Below, in pieces: positions 28,338-36,688 of a DNA stretch of 64,000 bases; the first letter of the stretch is position 1; the number at the start of each line of letters is the position of its first letter. Source of the DNA: an uncultured bacterium (GTDB taxonomy: Bacteria > Babelota > Babeliae > Babelales > JABCYS01); assembly GCA_963705705.1 (NCBI GenBank), contig CAVPKK010000005.1, positions 1 through 64,000 of the forward strand, in the 5' to 3' direction. A program made the position numbers and the translations under genes. The notes under the pieces were generated by a model that did no database searches, had not been told where the DNA came from, and saw only the letters and a program-made list of their open reading frames with translations.

Positions 28338-30452
28338 ATGAATCAGCAACAACAAGAACAAAAATCATTCCTCGAGCGCTTTTGCGTCAATGTGACCGAA
28401 CGCGCAAAAAAGAATCAAATTGATCCCGTCATCGGTCGCCACGAGGAGATCAGACGTGTGATACAAATCCTTTCCCGCCGAACCAAGAATAATCCGGTCC
28501 TCATCGGGGAACCAGGCGTTGGTAAAACGGCAATCGTGGAAGGGATCGCACAGCGCATCATAAGCCAAGATGTGCCTGAAGGACTCAAAAGCAAACAAAT
28601 ATTTTCACTCGACATGGGCCTGCTCATTGCTGGCGCAAAATATCAGGGTGAATTTGAAGAGCGGCTCAAAGGAATTTTAAAAGATGTCGAGCAACAACAG
28701 GACTCGATTATTCTCTTTATTGATGAGCTGCATACGCTCGTAGGCGCTGGCCGAACTGCCGGAGCTATGGATGCAGGCAACTTATTAAAACCGGCACTTG
28801 CCCGCGGCGATCTCCATTGCATAGGCGCTACCACCTTGGAAGAATACAAAAAATATATTGAAGAGGATGCAGCGCTCGAACGGCGATTCCAAAAAGTTTT
28901 AGTGCCAGAACCCACCTTTGAAGATACTGTATCGATCTTACGCGGGCTTAAAGAGCGCTATGAATTGCATCATGGTATTCGTATCAAGGATCAGGCTTTG
29001 GTTGATGCGGCAATGCTCTCATCTAAATATATAGCCGATCGATTTTTGCCAGATAAGGCTATCGACTTGATGGATGAGGCTGCGGCGATGGTTCGCATGG
29101 CTATTGATTCCCAGCCCGAAGAGATTGATAAACTTGATCGCAAAGTGCGCCAATTGGAAATTGAACGTGTCGCTTTAACCAAAGAAGAACAATCACAGGC
29201 AGCATCTCGCTTAGCGGCAATTGATCAAGAATTAAAACAGCTCAAAGAGCAGCTGCAACAATTGCGAACTCAATGGCGTGCAGAAAAAGAGCCGATGGAA
29301 CGCATGATGCGTATTAAGGAGCAAATTGAGCGCGCAAATACCTCTTTCCAACAATATGAACGTGAAGGCAATTATGCTAAAGCATCGGAAATTAAATACG
29401 GCACGCTTGTAAAATTAACTGCTGATCTAAAAGCCGAGCAAGAAAAACTTGCTTTGAGCCCACGCCGCCTAGTCAAAGATGAAGTTGATGAGCGAGATAT
29501 TGCATTAGTGCTTGCGCGTTGGACAGGCATACCCGCTGAAAAGCTGGAAGCATCAGAAGCGCAAAAGTTTTTAAAACTCGCCGAAACTATGAGGGCACGC
29601 GTGATTGGCCAAGATGATGCGGTCATCAGCATCAGCCAAGCCATTCAATTGCATCGCGCTGGATTGTCGGATCCCAATAAACCAATCGGTTCATTCCTAT
29701 TCTTAGGCCCAACCGGTGTGGGTAAAACGGAAGTAGCGCGCGTGTTGGCAGACGTATTATTTAATGATGCGCGCAAAATGATTCGCATCGATATGTCTGA
29801 ATATATGGAAAAGCATGCCGTTGCACGACTGATTGGATCACCGCCAGGCTATGTTGGCTATGAAGAAGGTGGCCAGCTTACCGAGGCTATACGGCGCGCG
29901 CCGTATAGCGTGATATTATTTGATGAAGTGGAAAAGGCACATCCTGATGTCTTTAATATCTTCTTGCAAATACTCGATGACGGGCAGTTAACTGATGCCC
30001 ATGGTCGCACGGTGAGTTTTAAGAATAGCATTATTATCATGACCAGTAATATTGGTTCAGCATTTATGCTGGATGGTGTTACGCCCGAGGTCAAAGAACA
30101 GATCGAAAAATTACTGCGCTCTCACTTTAAGCCTGAGTTTTTAAATCGACTTGATGCCACGATCTATTTCAACCCACTTACCCAGGCCAATGTTAAAAAC
30201 ATTGCGGCACTTCAACTAAACAAAGTAGTGCAGCAACTCAAGGAAAAGAACATTGCCTTGGAGATTACCCCAGCTACCCAAACCCTTTTGGCCGAGAAGG
30301 GGTATAGCTCAGAATTTGGGGCCCGCCCACTCAAGCGGGTGATTACCCAACAGCTTGTTGTCCCGATCGCCCAACACCTTATTTCTCAACCTGAAACAAA
30401 GACCGTGAAGGTGGGGGTAGAAAAAGGGGCTATTACCTTTCAATATGTATAG
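28338..30452 (+). CDS. clpB: ClpB disaggregase lacking the N-terminal Clp-repeat domain
   Basis: [19 protein letters not shown], a long M-domain coiled coil, [15 protein letters not shown] and FGARPL. Confidence 0.93.
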   Translation: MNQQQQEQKSFLERFCVNVTERAKKNQIDPVIGRHEEIRRVIQILSRRTKNNPVLIGEPGVGKTAIVEGIAQRIISQDVPEGLKSKQIFSLDMGLLIAGAKYQGEFEERLKGILKDVEQQQDSIILFIDELHTLVGAGRTAGAMDAGNLLKPALARGDLHCIGATTLEEYKKYIEEDAALERRFQKVLVPEPTFEDTVSILRGLKERYELHHGIRIKDQALVDAAMLSSKYIADRFLPDKAIDLMDEAAAMVRMAIDSQPEEIDKLDRKVRQLEIERVALTKEEQSQAASRLAAIDQELKQLKEQLQQLRTQWRAEKEPMERMMRIKEQIERANTSFQQYEREGNYAKASEIKYGTLVKLTADLKAEQEKLALSPRRLVKDEVDERDIALVLARWTGIPAEKLEASEAQKFLKLAETMRARVIGQDDAVISISQAIQLHRAGLSDPNKPIGSFLFLGPTGVGKTEVARVLADVLFNDARKMIRIDMSEYMEKHAVARLIGSPPGYVGYEEGGQLTEAIRRAPYSVILFDEVEKAHPDVFNIFLQILDDGQLTDAHGRTVSFKNSIIIMTSNIGSAFMLDGVTPEVKEQIEKLLRSHFKPEFLNRLDATIYFNPLTQANVKNIAALQLNKVVQQLKEKNIALEITPATQTLLAEKGYSSEFGARPLKRVITQQLVVPIAQHLISQPETKTVKVGVEKGAITFQYV

Positions 30453-30535
30453 ATAAGGCACTTTTTAAGGGGCGGTTGAAGCATCCCATATACCATATAA
30501 CCTCGAACCCAGTCTTATAGTCATGAGAGGTTATT

Positions 30536-31447
30536 ATGAATATGAAAAAGCTTTTTACTGCCCTATTTGCCCTGTCGCTCATAGCGGCACCTATTTCTAC
30601 AATCGCAGCCGGCACGGAAGACCTGGAATGCCCGGTCTGCTTTGAACCGTGCTTTGACGCGAATTACAATCCCACGGGCCCAATAGCAGTTTTGCATAGA
30701 CCGCAAAACTCTTCTCAAAAACCACACGCGATTTGCCGCCAATGCTATAACGGATTACGGGAAAACATTTGCCCAGAATGTCGAGCAGATATAGATGCAA
30801 GCTTTGTGAATAATGCGGCCGAACAAAACAACGTTATCAATCGATACCGCGCCTTTAAGCAAGATGAGGTTGCCGGGCAACGCCAAAATGAAGATCGTGT
30901 TCGCCGAGAAAGAGAAGCGCGCGAACATGTCCAGAGAGAACAAGAACGCCAGCGGCAACAAGACCTTCAACGCCGTCAGGCTGAAGAGGCTGCGAGGCAG
31001 CGTGAGCAACAACGACAACAAGAACGCCAACGCGAAGAGCAACAGCGGCAACAAGAACGTCAACAACGTCAGGTCGAAGAGGCTGCAAGGCAGCGCGAAC
31101 AACAGCGACAACGTGAAGAACAACGCCGCCAACAAGAACGACAAAGCCAACAAGCGGCCGATCGTATTCGTAGAGCCGAAGAGCAAGAGCGCTATAGGCA
31201 AGAAGAAGAACGGCGCGCCCAAAGAGCTGAGCAAGAGCGACAAGAACAAGAGCGCCAATGGCAACGAGAAGAACAACAACGCAGGTCGCAGGAACAATCA
31301 GCAAATAATAATGATCACGCGCATGGCCCGGCCGATCGCCAAGTACCACCATCTCTTCACCAGTATATGAGACAAGTCTCAATACTCATTTTCCTGCTGC
31401 CAACTCTAGCTCGTTGGTATGTTCACCAGTTAGCGCGCATTATATAA
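30536..31447 (+). CDS. Secreted RING-finger-like protein with an E/Q/R-rich coiled coil (putative E3 ligase mimic)
   Basis: Signal peptide; CPVC...HAICRQC...CPECR; long low-complexity helix; hydrophobic C-terminus. Confidence 0.75.
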   Translation: MNMKKLFTALFALSLIAAPISTIAAGTEDLECPVCFEPCFDANYNPTGPIAVLHRPQNSSQKPHAICRQCYNGLRENICPECRADIDASFVNNAAEQNNVINRYRAFKQDEVAGQRQNEDRVRREREAREHVQREQERQRQQDLQRRQAEEAARQREQQRQQERQREEQQRQQERQQRQVEEAARQREQQRQREEQRRQQERQSQQAADRIRRAEEQERYRQEEERRAQRAEQERQEQERQWQREEQQRRSQEQSANNNDHAHGPADRQVPPSLHQYMRQVSILIFLLPTLARWYVHQLARII

Positions 31448-31477
31448 AGTCGCAGAAAATAACTTTTGTAGTAGATT

Positions 31478-31505
31478 GGGTCCAATATTAATTGGACCCT
31501 TTTTA
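31478..31505 (+). terminator. Terminator-like hairpin after the RING gene
   Basis: GGGTCCAAT-ATTA-ATTGGACCC followed by T residues. Confidence 0.6.
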
Positions 31506-31514
31506 TTTAAGACC

Positions 31515-32261
31515 ATGTCAAAGCCGTTATACGCCGCAAATTGGAAAATGTACCGTTCGTATCTGCAAGAAGTTGAATATTGCCAACAGCATCTTGCCCA
31601 ATACCAACAATTATCTAGTAAGGCAGATTTTGCGCTGTTCCCCGATTTTAGCGCGCTTGCCACATTAAATCAGCTATTCAAAGATTCTGAAATAAGCCTC
31701 GGTGCGCAAGATTGCTCAGCTCATGAGCAAGGGGCTTACACCGGCCAGGTATCGGCGCAATCACTAGGTGAATTGGGATGTGATTATGTGATCGTCGGGC
31801 ATAGTGAACGACGAGCTTTGGGCGAAACAAACGTAATCATCTCACAAAAGACAAGTCAGGCATTTGCAGCAGAACTTACACCTATTATATGTATTGGTGA
31901 GCCTGAAGATGTTTATCACAATAAACAAACGCAAGCTTATTTGACCAATCAGCTAACTCCGCTTATGCCAGTTCTATCTCCTAATTACTTCAAATCTTTT
32001 TGCATCGCTTATGAACCCATCTGGGCCATTGGCACCGGCCAAACGCCAAATATAGATGAAATTGAACAGATTCAAGCATTCATTCGGCAGTTTGTAGAAA
32101 CTGAAACTGGTGCGAATACATTCCGCGTAGTATATGGCGGCAGCGTCAACGCTAAGAATTGTGCCGAACTTAAAACAATGATGCCATTTGAAGGTTTTTT
32201 GATAGGTAAAGCTAGTTTAGACATACAAGAGTTTGCGCAGATCGTAAATCTGATAGACTAA
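31515..32261 (+). CDS. tpiA: Triosephosphate isomerase
   Basis: ANWKM, GHSERR, AYEPIWAIGTG and YGGSV. Confidence 0.97.
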   Translation: MSKPLYAANWKMYRSYLQEVEYCQQHLAQYQQLSSKADFALFPDFSALATLNQLFKDSEISLGAQDCSAHEQGAYTGQVSAQSLGELGCDYVIVGHSERRALGETNVIISQKTSQAFAAELTPIICIGEPEDVYHNKQTQAYLTNQLTPLMPVLSPNYFKSFCIAYEPIWAIGTGQTPNIDEIEQIQAFIRQFVETETGANTFRVVYGGSVNAKNCAELKTMMPFEGFLIGKASLDIQEFAQIVNLID

Positions 32262-32301
32262 TATTCGCACTTAAAAATCATTTTCGCTGGAGACGATAAA
32301 C

Positions 32302-32604
32302 ATGCTATTTGGTCTTATTATTTTCCTATTCACCGTTATTTGCGCTGTACTTACCCTCATCGTGCTCATCCAAAAGGGCGGCAATAGTATGGGTATGGGC
32401 TCAATGGGCGGCAAACAAGTTATGCTATTCGGCGGTTCAGGCGGGCAAGATGTTTTTCAAAAAATAACCTGGGTACTCGGCGCTCTATTCCTTGGTGGTT
32501 CACTCGCATTATCAATTTTAAAAACTGAACAGGTTCGCGGCGCTCGTTATTTGACTACGCTAACACCAAAGCCTGTACAAGAGCAGCCACTGCCACAAGG
32601 TTAA
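32302..32604 (+). CDS. secG: Preprotein translocase subunit SecG
   Basis: Two TMs around a LIQKG..G.G..FGG linker; downstream of tpiA. Confidence 0.9.
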   Translation: MLFGLIIFLFTVICAVLTLIVLIQKGGNSMGMGSMGGKQVMLFGGSGGQDVFQKITWVLGALFLGGSLALSILKTEQVRGARYLTTLTPKPVQEQPLPQG

Positions 32605-32631
32605 TTCCTTTAACCAAGAAAAAGAGAGGCT

Positions 32632-33414
32632 ATGGAATTAACAATTTTTGACACCCTCGGCTCATGGGTAATTAACCTACTTAATGAGATGGGGGGCTTC
32701 CTGCTTTTTCTTATTAGAACAGTTCGCACTTTGTTTACCACAAAGCTCAAGGTACAAAAAGTTGTTGAGCAGATGAAACAGGTCGGTGTCGACTCTATGA
32801 GCATCATCGTACTAACCGGCGTATTCACCGGAATGGTATTTGCATTTCAAACTTATATCGGCTTCCATCGTTTTGGCGGGGAACAGTTTCTTGGCCCGGT
32901 TACAGCACTAGCAATGCTTCGTGAACTTGGCCCAGTACTTACTGGCTTAATGGTTACCGGCCGCGCATGTTCTTCGATTGCCGCAGAAATTGGGGCGATG
33001 CAAATTTCAGAGCAAATTGATGCATTAAGAACATTATGCATCAATCCATTTCAATATCTTATGGTTCCCCGCATTCTGGCGGGCATTATTATTTTGCCAT
33101 TTCTTTCATTATTCTGTGCTTTCTTGGGCATCCTAGGCGCCTACATTATTGCTATATATGCTCTTGGGCTTAATCCAAGTCAATTCATTAATATGATCAA
33201 AGAATATGTTGAACTACAAGATATTACTGGTGGTCTTATTAAAGCATCAGTTTTCGGACTCATACTGACTTGGGTGGGCTGCTACAAAGGATATCGAACA
33301 AGCGGTGGTGCGCGAGGTGTAGGTATTTCTACAACTGCAGCCGTGGTACTCAGTTCAACAATAATTTTGGCGGCGAACTATTTTCTAACGGCAGCTTTAT
33401 TTGAGACGACGTAG
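32632..33414 (+). CDS. mlaE: MlaE family ABC permease
   Basis: RELGPVLT, AAEIGAM..SEQIDAL and GARGVG.STT.AVV. Confidence 0.93.
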   Translation: MELTIFDTLGSWVINLLNEMGGFLLFLIRTVRTLFTTKLKVQKVVEQMKQVGVDSMSIIVLTGVFTGMVFAFQTYIGFHRFGGEQFLGPVTALAMLRELGPVLTGLMVTGRACSSIAAEIGAMQISEQIDALRTLCINPFQYLMVPRILAGIIILPFLSLFCAFLGILGAYIIAIYALGLNPSQFINMIKEYVELQDITGGLIKASVFGLILTWVGCYKGYRTSGGARGVGISTTAAVVLSSTIILAANYFLTAALFETT

Positions 33415-33415
33415 A

Positions 33416-34165
33416 ATGATTAAGTTAGAAGATGTTCGTAAGAAATTTGGCACAAAATGGATAACCCAGGGTGTCAATTTGGAAATCCCGGATAAAAAAA
33501 CCACCTGCATTATGGGGTTATCCGGTGAAGGCAAATCGGTTTTATTAAAGCAAATTATTGGTCTCATTAGACCAGATGAAGGCCATATTTGGGTAGATGG
33601 CACAGATATTACCACCTTGACTGGCGAAGAACTTGATGAAAATTTTAAACGATTTGGCTATGTATTCCAATTCGCTGCACTTTTGGATTCACTGAATGTT
33701 TTTGAAAATGTAGGAATTACATTACTGGAAAATGGCGCACCGAAAAAAGAAGTGCTTGAACAGGTAAAGCAAAAATTGGAATTGGTGCAATTGAATCCCT
33801 CCGATACGCTCTATAAATATCCATCTGAACTTTCAGGGGGTATGCGCAAACGTGTTGGGCTTGCTCGCACACTTCTTACTCACCCACAATACATGTTGTA
33901 TGATGAGCCCACGACTGGACTTGACCCTATTACAACTCGCGTGATTCATGAGCTTATCAAGAACATTCAAGATAAGTATAATTTTACCTCGGTGATTATC
34001 TCTCATGATCTTGAGGTATTTAAATACATCGACTATGTAGCCTTATTGTATCATGGCCAAATCCAGTATTTCGGTGAAGCCAAAACAATCTGGGAATCAA
34101 AGAATCCATATATTTACCAATTTATTCGTGGCCTCAAAGAAGGCCCAATGCAACCGAAGTCGTAG
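33416..34165 (+). CDS. mlaF: MlaF family ABC ATP-binding protein
   Basis: GLSGEGKS, FQFAALLDS, LSGGMRKRVGLAR and YDEPTTGLDP. Confidence 0.92.
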   Translation: MIKLEDVRKKFGTKWITQGVNLEIPDKKTTCIMGLSGEGKSVLLKQIIGLIRPDEGHIWVDGTDITTLTGEELDENFKRFGYVFQFAALLDSLNVFENVGITLLENGAPKKEVLEQVKQKLELVQLNPSDTLYKYPSELSGGMRKRVGLARTLLTHPQYMLYDEPTTGLDPITTRVIHELIKNIQDKYNFTSVIISHDLEVFKYIDYVALLYHGQIQYFGEAKTIWESKNPYIYQFIRGLKEGPMQPKS

Positions 34166-34259
34166 GAATGAAATTGGATCGTAGGGGTTCATTTTAACAA
34201 ACTGATCATAGTCGACTTAATCCTGAGCGATGAGTGTTGTAATCGGAATAAGTGGGCCG

Positions 34260-34338
34260 GAGGGAGATTTTCTCCCTCAAGATGAGGGGGAGGGGTTTTG
34301 GGGAGGGAACGGACCCAAAGTTAAATGCTCTTGGATCC
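34260..34338. repeat. Two-hairpin G-rich element related to the insert at 41523-41644
   Basis: Hairpin GAGGGAGA-TTT-TCTCCCTC, then GGAGGGGT..GGGA..GAACGGACCC, then a closing GGACCC...GGATCC stem. Confidence 0.6.
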
Positions 34339-34360
34339 GAAACTTACCTCTATTGCTATG

Positions 34361-34395
34361 CCGCTCGCATCCTTCGACAGGCTCAGGACGAGCGG
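34361..34395. repeat. 35-bp palindromic element
   Basis: CCGCTCGCATCCTTCGACAGGCTCAGGACGAGCGG; the terminal pair is switched compensatorily (C-G instead of G-C). Confidence 0.88.
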
Positions 34396-34511
34396 GTCTT
34401 TTTTATGAGACTGTAATAAATACAACGAACATATGGAATGAGCGCAATTAGCTCAAATAGCTTAAAAAAAACAAAAGTTAATAAGTTTTTATAACAGACC
34501 AGGACTCCATC

Positions 34512-35486
34512 ATGGAAACACAAACACAACCATTTTCAGATCAATATATTAATCAACTAAAAAATGACAGCTCAGCATTCCATCTCTTGCATGCTGAAAT
34601 TAGCAAAGTAATCGTAGGCCAACATGAGACGGTACCTTTTGTTCTCATGGCAATCCTATGCAATGGCCATATCCTGCTTGAAGGGGTACCAGGCGTTGCC
34701 AAAACGACGTTAATCAAAACAGTAAGCTCTGCCCTGGGATTATCATTCAAGCGAATTCAATTTACACCAGATCTCTTGCCCGCCGATTTGATTGGTACGC
34801 TCATTTACAATCAAAAAACACAAGAGTTTGAAACGCGCAAAGGTCCAATTTTCGCCCATTTGGTTTTAGCCGATGAAATAAACCGTGCTCCGGCAAAAGT
34901 GCAATCAGCTCTTTTAGAAGCAATGCAAGAGCGACAGGTAACCTTGGGTAATAACACGTACAAACTTGATGACCCATTCCTGGTATTTGCCACGCAAAAT
35001 CCAATTGAACAGGAAGGTACGTACCGACTTCCAGAAGCACAGGTAGACCGCTTCATGTTCAAACTTAATATTACCTACCCTACCAGTTCCGAAGAACGGG
35101 AGATTGTGCGACGCCAATCAGCACCAGTTAATGTGAATCAAGTGTTGAGCAGGGACGCAATTAATCAAGCGCAAGAATTGGTTAAGCATATTTACGTGAA
35201 TGAGAAGATTGTCGATTATATTGTAAACCTGGTACAAGCAACTCGTACTACTGAAAAAGCACTCATTCAATGTGGTGCTTCGCCCCGGGCTACCATTAAT
35301 TTACATCTCGCCGCTCGTGCGCATGCCTTCCTAAAAGGACGTCATTTTGTTACTCCTGATGATGTTAAAACCATAGCTCCAGCTGTGTTGCGACATCGCA
35401 TTTCGCTTTCCTATGAAGCTGAGGCATCTCACGTAAGCAGTGATGAAATTGTACGCAAAATCTTAGCTACAGTGCCGTCGCCGTAA
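34512..35486 (+). CDS. moxR: MoxR family AAA+ ATPase
   Basis: LEGVPGVAKT, RIQFTPDLLPAD, ADEINRAPAKVQSALLEAM and ATQNPIEQEGTY. Confidence 0.95.
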   Translation: METQTQPFSDQYINQLKNDSSAFHLLHAEISKVIVGQHETVPFVLMAILCNGHILLEGVPGVAKTTLIKTVSSALGLSFKRIQFTPDLLPADLIGTLIYNQKTQEFETRKGPIFAHLVLADEINRAPAKVQSALLEAMQERQVTLGNNTYKLDDPFLVFATQNPIEQEGTYRLPEAQVDRFMFKLNITYPTSSEEREIVRRQSAPVNVNQVLSRDAINQAQELVKHIYVNEKIVDYIVNLVQATRTTEKALIQCGASPRATINLHLAARAHAFLKGRHFVTPDDVKTIAPAVLRHRISLSYEAEASHVSSDEIVRKILATVPSP

Positions 35487-35553
35487 TTGACCCAATCTTG
35501 GTTTGAAGGTATTGTGGGCACGCTTAAGCTTATTCCCTTAAAAAGGATCGTTA

Positions 35554-36687
35554 ATGCGTCAACCGGTGTGGATTGTAAATAGCGCGCTTGCGGTATTGCT
35601 GCTTCTGGCAGTGGTTATCGTCTTGCTTACCCGAACGAAACCACCGCGTCTTGCATCCATTGAGCCATCGGGTTATGAAAAGCCCATAAAAAAACAGGTT
35701 CCTGAAACGGTAATCGCTAAAATTTATGAGAATGATTTATTCGGGACGTATCAAAAACCGATCATAGCCACGCCTCAAGAGAAACCGATAGTTGCGCCGT
35801 TACCAGCACCGCCATCAACCATTCAAACCGTAATGCCCCAAATCCCTCAGCCTCATTTCCTTGAGCCGCTGCAACTGACGGTAAAAGGAATGATCCTTGC
35901 CGGAGATGATCAAAAAAATCGTGCGCTCATTGAACAAAATAAAACGAAACAAGAAACCTTGTATAAAATTGGTGATCGCATAGAGGATGCTCAGCTTCTG
36001 CGCATTTTTAAAAATCGCGTAGTCTTTATTCGCTCAAATGGACAAGAAGAAACATTATACTTACGTGAGCGAGAGGCAAAAGATTCACCATTCGCGCCAC
36101 GCACTGAGCGTTGGGATGGCGTCATTAAGAAATTGGCGAATACTGAATTTGTAGTTGACCCGTCAGCCTTCATTGCACATATACCATCACTCGCATCACT
36201 CATTAGTGAGCTTGATATGCTTACGGTATATCGAAAAGGCAAGCCAGTTGGTGTACGCATCGGGCACATAGAAGCTGATTCGGTCGGTCCGCAGCTTGGC
36301 TTACAAGCAGGCGATATTATTACAAAGATCAACAATGAACCGGTAGCAGATCTCAGCCAACGACTGGCTATATATCAAAAAGTTATTTCACAACCAGTTG
36401 GTTCATCAGTTACCGTTACCCTTTCGCGCTATAAGCGTCCACTCACTATGACCTATAAACTCGAAAGTTTTGGAAAAAAGACCACGTTTGAAGCTAAGGC
36501 TAACCAGCTGCAGCCGACAGAAGAAGATATTCTGGCAGAAAAAATGCAAGAAATGCATAAGCGACATACCTTTGCGCCGTCGCTCTCCGAGATTAGAAAA
36601 CAAGAAAAGCGCGTTATACTTGAGAAGGTAAAGCGCAAGGATCGGGTTGAGGCTGTTAAAAACCGCCCGATAAATCAAGAGATCTAG
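35554..36687 (+). CDS. gspC: Type II secretion protein C-like (TM, HR domain, PDZ)
   Basis: N-terminal TM; HR-like YKIGDRI...RVVF..NG..E.L; PDZ GLQAGDIITKIN; precedes the secretin. Confidence 0.8.
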   Translation: MRQPVWIVNSALAVLLLLAVVIVLLTRTKPPRLASIEPSGYEKPIKKQVPETVIAKIYENDLFGTYQKPIIATPQEKPIVAPLPAPPSTIQTVMPQIPQPHFLEPLQLTVKGMILAGDDQKNRALIEQNKTKQETLYKIGDRIEDAQLLRIFKNRVVFIRSNGQEETLYLREREAKDSPFAPRTERWDGVIKKLANTEFVVDPSAFIAHIPSLASLISELDMLTVYRKGKPVGVRIGHIEADSVGPQLGLQAGDIITKINNEPVADLSQRLAIYQKVISQPVGSSVTVTLSRYKRPLTMTYKLESFGKKTTFEAKANQLQPTEEDILAEKMQEMHKRHTFAPSLSEIRKQEKRVILEKVKRKDRVEAVKNRPINQEI

Positions 36688-36688
36688 C

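Noticed and set aside
30755..31382. Overlapping ORFs and CRISPR-like periodicity in the RING gene
   Set aside because: This is low-complexity E/Q/R coding sequence. There are no constant repeats with unique spacers and no cas genes.
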